From Candidatus Levyibacteriota bacterium (GTDB taxonomy: Bacteria; Patescibacteriota; Microgenomatia; Levybacterales; UBA12049): 64,000 bases of DNA. The DNA lies in assembly GCA_038205015.1 (NCBI GenBank), contig JBBRCK010000002.1, positions 33,913 through 97,912 of the forward strand, given 5' to 3'. Position 1 is the first letter of the stretch. Each line of letters begins with the position of its first letter. This document shows, piece after piece, positions 43,048 to 52,538 of this stretch. The notes below the pieces were generated by a model, which had not been told where the DNA came from, did not search any database, and was given only the letters and a program-made list of their open reading frames with translations. A program made the position numbers and the translations under genes.

Positions 43048-43950
43048 CTACATGCTGCGAAGGATTTTTATTCTTTCTTCAATTGAAGGATGTGTGTCAA
43101 ACAAAGATACAAACATTTGTTTTGTATTTTTTCCTTTAAATGGGTTGACAATAAATAGATGTGCTGTTGCATTGCTGGCTGATTTCAAAGTATTTTTATT
43201 TTGCTCAAGTTTTTCCAAAGCACTGGCTAATCCCTCAGGATATCTGGTTAAAAGTGCTCCGGAGGCATCCGCTAAAAATTCTCTTTTTCTTGAAATTGCC
43301 AGCTGAATTAAAGTTGCTGCAATGGGGGATAAAATCGCGAGAATTATGCCAATAATTAAAAAAACAGATTGTAAGCTGTTATCTTTACTATCTCTGCCTC
43401 TTCCAAATCCGCCAAACCAAAGCTGGTTAGTAAAAAGATTAGAAAGTATTGCCACAAATCCGACCAATATCGCCACAATTCCCATTAGCCTGATGTCAAA
43501 ATTTTTAACATGGGATAGTTCATGGGCAATTACACCCTCAAGCTCGCTTTTATCCAGTATTGCAAGAATGCCTGATGTTACACAAACTATTGCATGCTTA
43601 GGATCCCTGCCGGTTGCAAATGCGTTAGGGGAGGGGTCGTTAATTAAATATATTCTGGGCAAGGGAATCCCATCTCCTATACAAAGGTTTTCAACAATTC
43701 TAAAAAGCTCAGGATTATCCTGTTTTGCAATTTCTTTCGCGCCTGTGGTTGCCAAAATTATTTTATCGGAATAGTAATAGCTGCTAACGCTAGTAATAGT
43801 TGCCAGAATAAGTGCAATTACTGCAAAACCTATTCCATAGCCAAGTGCTTTGGAAAACACATAAACAAGGGTAGTTATTATTAAAACAAACAATAACATT
43901 ATCGCCCAAGTTTTATTTTTATTTGAAGATATAGCTGAGTATATATTCAT
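43048..43950 (-). CDS. htpX: Zinc metalloprotease HtpX (M48)
   Basis: PNAFATG, HELSH, SRKREFLAD, THP. Confidence 0.92.
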   Translation of the reverse strand: MNIYSAISSNKNKTWAIMLLFVLIITTLVYVFSKALGYGIGFAVIALILATITSVSSYYYSDKIILATTGAKEIAKQDNPELFRIVENLCIGDGIPLPRIYLINDPSPNAFATGRDPKHAIVCVTSGILAILDKSELEGVIAHELSHVKNFDIRLMGIVAILVGFVAILSNLFTNQLWFGGFGRGRDSKDNSLQSVFLIIGIILAILSPIAATLIQLAISRKREFLADASGALLTRYPEGLASALEKLEQNKNTLKSASNATAHLFIVNPFKGKNTKQMFVSLFDTHPSIEERIKILRSM

Positions 43951-43952
43951 GT

Positions 43953-44498
43953 TTAAAAACTAACTTTGACTGGTTTTTTATCATCTTCAGTTGCTCCAAA
44001 AAATTCTGCATCTTTAAAGTTAAAGAGTTTTGCAAAAAATACGTTTGGAAAAACTCGTAACTTTGTGTTGTAATCCAAGACATTTGAGTTATAGAACTGT
44101 CTTGAGTAAGCAACTTTATTTTCCGTGTCGGAAAGTTCACCTTGAAGCTCCATAAAGTTTTGGCTAGCCTTTAAATCTGGATAGCTTTCTGCTACTGCAA
44201 AAATTGATTTCAAAGTATCGCTAAGTTGAGAATTTGCTGCAGCTTTTTCTTGTGGTCCTTTTGCAGAAACTAAATTAGCTCTTTCTTTTGTTACTTTCTC
44301 AAAAAGATCTTTTTCGTGTTTGGCATAACCTTTTACGGCTTCAACCAAATTTGGAATTAAATCAGCTCTTCTTTTAAGTTGAACATCAATTTGCGAGAGA
44401 GCTTCTGATACTCGCATCTTTGCAACAATGATGCTGTTATACAGAAACCATACAAAAACAAGTACTAGTCCTATTCCTAATATTAAGTAAATATTCAT
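43953..44498 (-). CDS. lemA: LemA family protein
   Basis: [29 protein letters not shown]; AAGGAGGT SD upstream. Confidence 0.93.
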   Translation of the reverse strand: MNIYLILGIGLVLVFVWFLYNSIIVAKMRVSEALSQIDVQLKRRADLIPNLVEAVKGYAKHEKDLFEKVTKERANLVSAKGPQEKAAANSQLSDTLKSIFAVAESYPDLKASQNFMELQGELSDTENKVAYSRQFYNSNVLDYNTKLRVFPNVFFAKLFNFKDAEFFGATEDDKKPVKVSF

Positions 44499-44518
44499 TT
44501 AATCGTGGCACCTCCTTT

Positions 44519-46279
44519 CTATTTTTCAATCCAATTTCTAAATTCATTATACGATAAAGAGTTTAAGATGTCATTTTTTGTTGCCCATCCACGTCTCGCC
44601 ATAAATATTCCGTATTTTTGCATATCCATTTGATTCTTTGCGTGGCTATCAGAATCAATAACCAGTTTTACTCCAGCATTTATCGCCATTTTTATATTTG
44701 AATCGGTTAAATCTAGACGCCCAGGCCAACTATTGATTTCTAAAGCTTTATTATTTTTATTACAAAAATTGAATAATTTCTCCCAATCTAATTCATATCC
44801 CGGTCTAGCGTTTAACAGTCTTCCAGTAGGGTGGGCGAGTATTTTAGCTTTTGGATGTGATAATCCATTTATAATTCTCTCGGTCATTTTCTCTTTATCC
44901 ATATTAAAAACGCTATGAATAGAAATAATTACTGCGTCAAGCAAGTTTAGCGATTTATTATCGATTGCAAGTTTTCCTGAGGGTAAAATATCAACTTCGA
45001 GCAATTTAATTATTCGAACATATTTATTGCTAGATTTAAGTTGCTCAATTTTTTCATTGCGTTTATTTATGATTTCGTATATTTTTTCATTGGTATGCTT
45101 ACTTAAACTAGGATTATGCTCTGAAAATCCTAAATATTCATAATTGAGTTCTTTTGCCTTGATTAGCATTTCTTCCATTGAATTATTTCCTAAATCGTGG
45201 CTTGGTTCTATTGGAAAGCTCGAGTGAATGTGCAAATCTCCTTTTAAATCGTTAATTTTTATTAAATCAGGAAGTTTCTTTCTATCTGCAAGTTCAATTT
45301 CGCCAGTGTCTTCCCTAATTTCTGGGGGAATCCAAGGTAATCCAATAGCGTTATAAAATTTTTCCTCATCTTCATATTTAGTAATTTTGCCATCCTTAGA
45401 TTTTATTCCATATTCAGATAAAGATAGTTTCTTTTTTAAAGCATATTCTCTTAGATGAACATTATGATTTTTGCTGCCTGTAAAGTGTTGCAGTAAAGAG
45501 CCGAATGCATCGCTTGGTTGGATTAAAAGATCAACCTGTCTGCCTCCGGATACCAAAAGTGAGGCTGAAATATCTCCTTTTTCAATTATTCTCTCTTTCC
45601 CGGGATAGTTTACGAAATATTCAATTACGTTTTTAGAATTTTTTGAGGCTACTGCCAAATCAATATCACCTACAGTTGGCATGCGTCTTCTTAGACTACC
45701 AAGAGCCTCAACTTTATCAACATCAGGACATTGTTTTAAATACAAAATAAGCTTTTCGGCAATCTCAAAAGCGTAAGGTAAAGTCATTCTGGTGGTTTTA
45801 CCTTTTCCTTCTTTAAATTCGGCAATTGCTCTTAAGATATCTGCTTGTGACTTTTCTCCAAAACCCTCTAAAGACGCGATTTTACCTTTACTTGCAAGTT
45901 TTGCTAGCTCCTTAATTACTGTTTTAGGATCTGATAGGTTAAATTTATGCACCAGCTTATATGCTCTTTTAGGACCAAAAGATGGAATATCCATCAGCAC
46001 AAAGACGGATTCGGGAATATCCTTTAAAGCCCATTCAAACTGTGCCGTTGTTCCTGTTTTAAATAAATCAATTAAGTGAGATTGTATTGTTCTCCCAACT
46101 CCAGAAAGCTGGTCTAGTTTATTTTCGCGGTAGTAATCTTTTAATTCACCGGTAAGGTTAGCAATTGTATCTGCTGCTCTTTGATAAGCGATAATCTGAA
46201 AGCGAAATTTATTTTCATCTTTGATAATATATGAGGCTGCGACATTTTTTAAAAGTTTTGAGATTTCAAGGTTACTCAC
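44519..46279 (-). CDS. polX: DNA polymerase X with C-terminal PHP domain
   Basis: GSLRR, GDID, QVDL, HFTGS; PHP HIHS, SEH, AHP, DSDSH. GTG at 46279 preferred as start. Confidence 0.93.
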   Translation of the reverse strand: MSNLEISKLLKNVAASYIIKDENKFRFQIIAYQRAADTIANLTGELKDYYRENKLDQLSGVGRTIQSHLIDLFKTGTTAQFEWALKDIPESVFVLMDIPSFGPKRAYKLVHKFNLSDPKTVIKELAKLASKGKIASLEGFGEKSQADILRAIAEFKEGKGKTTRMTLPYAFEIAEKLILYLKQCPDVDKVEALGSLRRRMPTVGDIDLAVASKNSKNVIEYFVNYPGKERIIEKGDISASLLVSGGRQVDLLIQPSDAFGSLLQHFTGSKNHNVHLREYALKKKLSLSEYGIKSKDGKITKYEDEEKFYNAIGLPWIPPEIREDTGEIELADRKKLPDLIKINDLKGDLHIHSSFPIEPSHDLGNNSMEEMLIKAKELNYEYLGFSEHNPSLSKHTNEKIYEIINKRNEKIEQLKSSNKYVRIIKLLEVDILPSGKLAIDNKSLNLLDAVIISIHSVFNMDKEKMTERIINGLSHPKAKILAHPTGRLLNARPGYELDWEKLFNFCNKNNKALEINSWPGRLDLTDSNIKMAINAGVKLVIDSDSHAKNQMDMQKYGIFMARRGWATKNDILNSLSYNEFRNWIEK

Positions 46280-46326
46280 AGTTAAAAAATAATAGCACTT
46301 AGTAAGGTCTGGTACAAGGCTTGTCA

Positions 46327-46355
46327 TTGACTAGGTTTCAATAATTTGTTAGGAT
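46327..46355 (+). promoter_or_regulatory. Sigma70 promoter of tRNA-Asp
   Basis: TTGACT-17 nt-TAGGAT with extended TG. Confidence 0.6.
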
Positions 46356-46367
46356 ACTTTCAGTTTT

Positions 46368-46442
46368 GGGGTGGTAGCTCAGTTTGGTTAGAGCGCTTCC
46401 CTGTCACGGAAGAGGTCGCGGGTTCGAGTCCCGTTCACCCCG
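46368..46442 (+). tRNA. tRNA-Asp(GTC), no encoded CCA
   Basis: GGGGTGG/TCACCCC acceptor; CTTCC-CTGTCAC-GGAAG anticodon arm; GGTTCGAGTCCC; G73. Confidence 0.95.
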
Positions 46443-46562
46443 CACATTCGACGCACCAGAACTGCCCACAAAGTTGGATGTAAAAGTTTTTGGGAACGTG
46501 ACGGAAAGTATAACTCACTAACTAAAACTATTTAAAATAACTTCTGTCCAGAAAGGAGGAAA

Positions 46563-47147
46563 ATGCCCAAAAAAACATTAAAAAAATCTGTTGTAAAAAA
46601 AGATGGATATCTTGCTCAAATTAATTGGGGAGAATCTTATACCAGCTTATTTTTAGGCGCAGTTGTGGTAGTCGTTGCATTAATTTTACTTTTCTCATTC
46701 TTGAAAGCTAGAAATATGCAAAACCAACAAACTCAATCTACTTCTACAACTTCTGGTGAAGTAGTAAGAGAAACAAGGCCGAAAACATACACAGTAAAAG
46801 AAGGAGAAAGCCTTTGGCAAATATCGGAAAAAATATATAAATCGGGGTATAACTGGGTGGATTTAGCAAGCGCTAATCACTTAGTAAATCCAGGAATTCT
46901 TTTTGTTAACACAAAATTAATCGTTCCAGATGTTATGTCAAAACAAATAACTGTTGTTAACGCTGCAGTTGAGCAAAGCTTAATTAAAGGGGATACCTAT
47001 ACTGTAAAAAAGGGTGATTATCTTTGGAATATAGCAATAAGAGCTTATGGGGATGGATACAAATGGGTTGAAATTGCAAAAGCTAATAATTTAGCCAATC
47101 CAAGTTTAATCTATTCTGGAAACGTTCTTAGGCTTCCAAGGCAATAA
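46563..47147 (+). CDS. Membrane-anchored protein with two LysM domains
   Basis: TM, then YTVKEGESLWQI...NP and YTVKKGDYLWNIA...NP; AAGGAGG SD. Confidence 0.9.
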   Translation: MPKKTLKKSVVKKDGYLAQINWGESYTSLFLGAVVVVVALILLFSFLKARNMQNQQTQSTSTTSGEVVRETRPKTYTVKEGESLWQISEKIYKSGYNWVDLASANHLVNPGILFVNTKLIVPDVMSKQITVVNAAVEQSLIKGDTYTVKKGDYLWNIAIRAYGDGYKWVEIAKANNLANPSLIYSGNVLRLPRQ

Positions 47148-48263
47148 TCTAAAAAGCAGGAAAAGTTGAAGGATAAGTAATATTAATCCGCCAAAAAATA
47201 CATGTGACTGAATAAGTTGCGGGTAATTTAATGGTGACTTTAAGTTTGTTGAAATTAGTAGATAACTTATAAAAAGAACTATATATAAAAATATCCCTTG
47301 TTCTCCTTTAGCGTATTTCTTGATAAAAAAATAAGTTGTAATAAAAGGGACTAGGCTCCAGACGAAATGGTGTTGCCACGAGAAGCTATTTAAAAGTAAG
47401 CTGGCTGTAATTATAGTGCTAATTTCTAAATTTATTGTGAATTTATCTTTCAGCTTACTCAAAACTATCGGTAAAAAAGTAAATATTAAAATAATTATGC
47501 TTACCAAACCTCTAATAAATCCCCTATAAGTAGGGTCAACTCCTGCGCGAACTATTACACCGGACAACGACTGGTTGTAGTAATATCCTTGCCAGGCATT
47601 TACTAATGTTGGAAGAATTTTTTGATAGAAATATATATTTATTTCTTGTCTTACAAAGATAAATGAAAATAATAATCCGAGAATTGTTACTACTACAAGA
47701 ATAAATAAAGCTTTCCATTTTCTTTTAAGGATTAAATATAATGGCATAATAAGAGGAAAAAATTTTAATAGAAGCGATAATCCCAGGAATGGAATTGCTT
47801 TAATTTCTGATTTATTAAAATAGTAAATGAAAATGCATAAACAAAGAAGAATAAGCATATTAATTTGTCCCATTCCCAGCGTGTATTTAGCTGGAAACGA
47901 TAAAAAAACCAGCGATGATAAGATTAATCCAAGCGAAGAAGAGAATTTGATTTCGTAAACTTTAAATAATAGTTTTAAAGAAATAAGCAATGCAAAGATA
48001 GATAAAATTATCCATAGCTTTTGTGCAACAGCGAACGAAAGAATAGAAAGTGGCAGAAAAAATATGAATATAAATGGTGGATAAACAGAAGGGGTAAATA
48101 AATTTTTATTCGCTAAATAAGGGTTTATGTCCTGGATTGAAATGATCGGATTATAGTAATAGCTTCGAAAATCCGGAAAAGAATCGTTAAAAATTACTTT
48201 AGACATTAATAGAAAAGCGACTACGAACAAAACTATCGGGAAAACTTTAGATAAAAATTTCAT
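47106..48263 (-). CDS. GT87/DUF2029 family GT-C glycosyltransferase
   Basis: DF..YY, NPY, YPP, GQIN, KFFP, NQSL, SWQHH motifs. Confidence 0.8.
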   Translation of the reverse strand: MKFLSKVFPIVLFVVAFLLMSKVIFNDSFPDFRSYYYNPIISIQDINPYLANKNLFTPSVYPPFIFIFFLPLSILSFAVAQKLWIILSIFALLISLKLLFKVYEIKFSSSLGLILSSLVFLSFPAKYTLGMGQINMLILLCLCIFIYYFNKSEIKAIPFLGLSLLLKFFPLIMPLYLILKRKWKALFILVVVTILGLLFSFIFVRQEINIYFYQKILPTLVNAWQGYYYNQSLSGVIVRAGVDPTYRGFIRGLVSIIILIFTFLPIVLSKLKDKFTINLEISTIITASLLLNSFSWQHHFVWSLVPFITTYFFIKKYAKGEQGIFLYIVLFISYLLISTNLKSPLNYPQLIQSHVFFGGLILLILQLFLLFRLLPWKPKNVSRID

Positions 48264-48306
48264 TTTGAGAAAATTATAGCATTTGTTGTGATAAAATATT
48301 TAAGTC

Positions 48307-48377
48307 GCGGGATTAGTACACCGGTAGTATGCTACCTTCCCAAGGTAGAGAAGCGAGTTCAATTCTCGTATCCCGCT
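48307..48377 (+). tRNA. tRNA-Gly(CCC), no encoded CCA
   Basis: GCGGGAT/ATCCCGC acceptor; CTACC-TTCCCAA-GGTAG anticodon arm; GTTCAATTC; U73. Confidence 0.93.
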
Positions 48378-48387
48378 CAAAAAATCA

Positions 48388-48416
48388 TTGACTACCTCTT
48401 AAAACTTTGATATAGT
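48388..48416 (+). promoter_or_regulatory. Sigma70 promoter of pyrG (leaderless spacing)
   Basis: TTGACT-17 nt-TATAGT, 5 nt before the GTG start. Confidence 0.7.
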
Positions 48417-48421
48417 AAATC

Positions 48422-50098
48422 GTGCCCACTAGAAAATTGAAATCAATAAAATATATTTTTGTTTCAGGCGGTGTAATCTCAGGAATTGGGAAAGGAACTA
48501 CCGCTGCCTCTATCGCTCTTCTTTTAAAATCTGCAGGCTATAAAGTTGCTCCAATCAAATTTGAAAATTATTTGAATATTGATGCGGGAACGATCAACCC
48601 AATTGAGCACGGTGATCCATTTTTATGTGAAGACGGTACAGAAGCAGACATGGATATTGGTACTTACGAAAAATTTTTAGATGAAGATATGGGAGAAGAT
48701 AATTTCGTAACAATTGGAAAGATTTACAAAACGGTAATCGATAAGGAAAGAAGGTTTGAGTATAACGGTGAAGATGTCGAAGCAATTCCCTACATAACAG
48801 ATGACATAATTGGAAGAATAGAATCATTAGGAAAAAAGGAAAATGCCGATATTGTAATTATAGAGTTAGGCGGAACAGCCGGAGAGTATCAAAACATTTT
48901 TTATTACGAAGCATCAAGGATGATGACTTTAAAAAAATCAGAAGATGTTATTCATATTCATGTGAGTTATGTTCCAACTCCGGGGCACTTAGGAGAACCA
49001 AAAACAAAACCTACGCAACTATCGGTTAGAACCTTAAATTCCATGGGAATTCAGCCAGACTTTATTATTACTAGGGGCGAAAAATATCTGGACCAAAGAA
49101 GAAAAGATAGATTAGCGCTTTTTTGTAATATGCACAAAGAAGATATTATTTCTAGTCCAGATCTTCCATCGGTTTACGAGATTCCATTTGTATTACATAA
49201 GCAGGACCTAGATAAAAAAATACTTAAAAAACTTTCACTTCCGATTAAGAAAACTGATCTTAAAGGTTGGAGTAAATTTGTTGAAAGTTCAAAAACAGCT
49301 AAAAAAGATATCGAAATCGCAATTGTTGGTAAATATTTTGGTACTGGTGAATATCAGCTTAGGGATTCTTATGCGGCACTTTTTGATGCAATTGACCACG
49401 CTGGCTGGAAATTAGGAGTGAATATAAAAACCAGATGGGTAAATGCGGAGAAAGTCGAACAAGAAGGTGCTGAAAAGATTATTGGAAAGCCAAATGGCAT
49501 AATTGTTCCGATTGGTTGGGGTGAAAGAGGAGCAGAGGGTATGATTCAAGCGGCCTCTTATGCAAGAGAGGAAAAAATTCCTTACCTTGGTCTTTGCTAT
49601 GGTATGCAACTGGCAGTAATAGCCTATGCCAGAGATATTTTGGATTTTAAAGATGCAAATACTGAGGAAAATAATAAAACTACCAAGCATCCCGTTATTC
49701 ATTTTATGCCAAACCAAAAAGATTTATTAAGTAAAAAATCATATGGTGGTACTATGCGGTTAGGTTCGTGGCAAGCAAAAATAGAAAAAGGAACTAGGGC
49801 TTATGAGATATATAAAAAATATCATGGATTTGATAATGAAAATAAATCTCTAACTTCAGAAAGACATAGGCATAGATATGAATTTAACGATAAATTTAGC
49901 AGTGATTTTAAGAAGAATGGGTTAATTATTAGCGCAAGATCGGTTGTTGAGAATCTCGCAGAGATAATTGAGCTTCCTAAAACTGTCCATCCATTTTACT
50001 TTGGAACGCAGGGACATCCGGAATACAAAAGCAGGCCTTTAAAACCACACCCAATTTTTCTAGAGTTTATAGATTCCAGCGTAAAAACTATTGAGTAA
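48422..50098 (+). CDS. pyrG: CTP synthase
   Basis: GGVISGIGKG, KTKPTQ, GLCYGMQ, ERHRHRYE, HPEY. Confidence 0.96.
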   Translation: MPTRKLKSIKYIFVSGGVISGIGKGTTAASIALLLKSAGYKVAPIKFENYLNIDAGTINPIEHGDPFLCEDGTEADMDIGTYEKFLDEDMGEDNFVTIGKIYKTVIDKERRFEYNGEDVEAIPYITDDIIGRIESLGKKENADIVIIELGGTAGEYQNIFYYEASRMMTLKKSEDVIHIHVSYVPTPGHLGEPKTKPTQLSVRTLNSMGIQPDFIITRGEKYLDQRRKDRLALFCNMHKEDIISSPDLPSVYEIPFVLHKQDLDKKILKKLSLPIKKTDLKGWSKFVESSKTAKKDIEIAIVGKYFGTGEYQLRDSYAALFDAIDHAGWKLGVNIKTRWVNAEKVEQEGAEKIIGKPNGIIVPIGWGERGAEGMIQAASYAREEKIPYLGLCYGMQLAVIAYARDILDFKDANTEENNKTTKHPVIHFMPNQKDLLSKKSYGGTMRLGSWQAKIEKGTRAYEIYKKYHGFDNENKSLTSERHRHRYEFNDKFSSDFKKNGLIISARSVVENLAEIIELPKTVHPFYFGTQGHPEYKSRPLKPHPIFLEFIDSSVKTIE

Positions 50099-50119
50099 TT
50101 GGAAAAGTTAAGTTATAAT
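50091..50119 (+). promoter_or_regulatory. Sigma70 promoter of rplS
   Basis: TTGAGT-17 nt-TATAAT, 8 nt before ATG. Confidence 0.65.
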
Positions 50120-50127
50120 ATAAAGCT

Positions 50128-50412
50128 ATGATTGCAAATATTGATTTCGTACCCGGTGACGTTGTTAAGGTTCATCAAAAAATACAAGAAGGTGAAAAAA
50201 CCAGAATTCAAATCTTTGAAGGAGCGGTTTTATCAATTTCTGGTCGGGGAGAAAATAAAATGTTTATCGTAAGAAAAGTAGTAGGAGAAGTTGCAGTAGA
50301 AAGAATTTTTCCGGTTAATTCACCAAGCATAGAAAAAGTGGTTGTTAAAGCCCATTCAAAAAATAAACCAAGACGAGCTAAGCTTTATTATTTAAGAACA
50401 ATCGGAAAATAA
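50128..50412 (+). CDS. rplS: 50S ribosomal protein L19
   Basis: [31 protein letters not shown]. Confidence 0.95.
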   Translation: MIANIDFVPGDVVKVHQKIQEGEKTRIQIFEGAVLSISGRGENKMFIVRKVVGEVAVERIFPVNSPSIEKVVVKAHSKNKPRRAKLYYLRTIGK

Positions 50413-50473
50413 AACTACATTTTAATCTCAAATCCAATTGCAAAGCTTGTAGAATAAATCGCCTCAAAAAACA

Positions 50474-52462
50474 TTATTGGTTTTTAAGAAGTTTAATTTG
50501 ATCTCTTAAAATTGTTGCAGTTTCAAAGTCTAATTCTTTAGCAGCTTCTCTCATTTCCTTAGATATTTTCTTAATTAATTTTTCCCGTTCATCTGGCAGA
50601 ATGACCTCTTTTTTGCTTAAAGTCAGTAAATAATTAATTTCTTCATTTTTTTGTTCTCTCTCAACAAGTCTTGTTCTAATGATTTTTTCAATTCCTTTTG
50701 GTGTTATATGATGTTTTTTATTGTATGCAATTTGAACCTCTCTTCTTCTATCAACCTCATCCATCGCCGCTTTCATCGACCCAGTAATCTTGTCTGCATA
50801 CATTAAAACGAGTGAATCAATATTTCTGGCAGCTCTTCCCATGGTTTGAATTAAAGAAGTCCTGCTTCTTAAAAATCCTTCTTTATCTGCATCAAGTATT
50901 GCAACTAAAGATACTTCCGGTAAATCCAAACCCTCCCTTAATAAATTAATTCCAACTAAAACATCGTAATCTCCCTCTCGTAGCTTATCTAATACGTCTT
51001 GCCTTTCCAAAGTTTCGATATCTGAGTGTAAATACGAAACTTTGATATCTCTTTCCTGAAAATATGACGACAAATCTTCCGCCATCCTTTTGGTAAGAGT
51101 GGTAACTAGTACTCTTTGTTTTTTGATAACTCTTTTTTCAATTTCAGAAATTAAATCTTCGATTTGTCCCTTAGATGGTCGAATAATAACTTGCGGGTCG
51201 ATTAAACCGGTTGGTCTAATCAGTTGCTCAACAACAGCATTGTTTTCTTTAGCTAAACTTATTTCATATTCATCTGGCGTTGCACTTACGTAAATTGAGT
51301 CATTAATTCTATTTACAAATTCTTCATATCTTAGCGGCCTGTTATCTAACGCCGAAGGGAGTCTAAATCCATAATCTACCAAAGTTTGCTTTCTGCTTCT
51401 GTCCCCGTTATACATTCCTCTAATCTGGGGTAATGTAATGTGCGATTCATCAATTACGGTAAGAAAATCGCTGTCACACTGTTTAAAGTAGTCAAGTAAT
51501 GTAAAAGGTGGTAGTCCTGGTTCTCTTTTTTCAAAGTATCTTGAATAATTTTCAATCCCATTAACATATCCAATCTCTCTTATCATATCCAAATCAAAAT
51601 TGGTCCTTTGTGCAAGACGTTGGGCCTCTAAGAGTTTTCCTTCAGACTTAAACTGCTTTAATCTTATGTCTAAATCATTTTTTATTGTATGAAAGACATC
51701 CTTATAGGTTGATGGGTCAGTCATATAATGTTTTGCTGGATAAATTATTGTTGATTCTAGTTTTTTAGATATTTCTCCGGTTAGGGTTTCAAACTCTGAA
51801 AGCTTTATGACTTTATTATTCAAAATGTTTATTCTTAGACCAATATCAGAATATGCAGGAAAAAGATCAATGTCTTCGCCTCTAATTCTAAAGGTTCCTC
51901 TTTCAAAGCTATAGTCATTTCTGTCGTACTGAAGATCTGCCAGTCTTTCGATTATTTCGTTTTGACTCAAATCTTGTCCATTTTTAAGTTCCAAAACAAA
52001 TCTTCCGTATTCCAAAGGAGAACCCAAATTATAAATGCAGGAGACAGAAGCAACCACAATTACGTCTTTTCTAGTTAATAAATTGGTAGTTGCAGCTAGT
52101 CTAAGCCTATCTATTTCTTCGTTGATTTGAACCTCTTTTTCGATATAAGTATCACTTTGTGGCACATAAGCTTCCGGTTGATAATAATCATAATAAGAAA
52201 CAAAGTAACTTACTGCATTATTAGGAAAATAATCTCTAAACTCTTGGTAAAGCTGAGCGGCTAAGGTTTTATTGTGAGAAATAACTAAAGTCGGTTTTTG
52301 TACTCTTTCAATAACATTAGCCATAGTAAAAGTTTTACCACTTCCTGTAACTCCCAATAGCACTTGATGCTTAAAATCATTTTTTAAACCTTCTACAAGT
52401 TTTTTAATAGCTTCGGGCTGATCACCTTTAGGCTTGTAATTTGAAGTTAATTTAAAGTTCAT
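50474..52462 (-). CDS. uvrB: Excinuclease ABC subunit B
   Basis: GVTGSGKT, SYYDYYQPEAY, DESH, QTMGRAAR, C-terminal UVR domain; ATG 52462 preferred. Confidence 0.97.
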   Translation of the reverse strand: MNFKLTSNYKPKGDQPEAIKKLVEGLKNDFKHQVLLGVTGSGKTFTMANVIERVQKPTLVISHNKTLAAQLYQEFRDYFPNNAVSYFVSYYDYYQPEAYVPQSDTYIEKEVQINEEIDRLRLAATTNLLTRKDVIVVASVSCIYNLGSPLEYGRFVLELKNGQDLSQNEIIERLADLQYDRNDYSFERGTFRIRGEDIDLFPAYSDIGLRINILNNKVIKLSEFETLTGEISKKLESTIIYPAKHYMTDPSTYKDVFHTIKNDLDIRLKQFKSEGKLLEAQRLAQRTNFDLDMIREIGYVNGIENYSRYFEKREPGLPPFTLLDYFKQCDSDFLTVIDESHITLPQIRGMYNGDRSRKQTLVDYGFRLPSALDNRPLRYEEFVNRINDSIYVSATPDEYEISLAKENNAVVEQLIRPTGLIDPQVIIRPSKGQIEDLISEIEKRVIKKQRVLVTTLTKRMAEDLSSYFQERDIKVSYLHSDIETLERQDVLDKLREGDYDVLVGINLLREGLDLPEVSLVAILDADKEGFLRSRTSLIQTMGRAARNIDSLVLMYADKITGSMKAAMDEVDRRREVQIAYNKKHHITPKGIEKIIRTRLVEREQKNEEINYLLTLSKKEVILPDEREKLIKKISKEMREAAKELDFETATILRDQIKLLKNQ

Positions 52463-52500
52463 AATCTTAATTTTAACATATATTGATATAGTCTGACTTC

Positions 52501-52530
52501 TTGACAAAGTTTGATTATTTTTCGTATATT
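52501..52530 (+). promoter_or_regulatory. Sigma70 promoter of lexA
   Basis: TTGACA-18 nt-TATATT, 8 nt before ATG. Confidence 0.6.
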
Positions 52531-52538
52531 TTATACAT

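Noticed and set aside
44519-46279. Catalytically dead PolX variant
   Set aside because: GDID and the third Asp (QVDL) are present, as are the PHP metal ligands; looks canonical.
46784-47135. Internal DNA similarity in the LysM gene
   Set aside because: Explained by two tandem LysM domains.
46368-48377. LysM + GT87 between two tRNAs as an integrated element
   Set aside because: No integrase and no duplicated tRNA 3' end seen.
50413-50473. Terminator or ncRNA between rplS and uvrB
   Set aside because: Only a 5-bp CTACA/TGTAG pairing with a long loop and no U tract.
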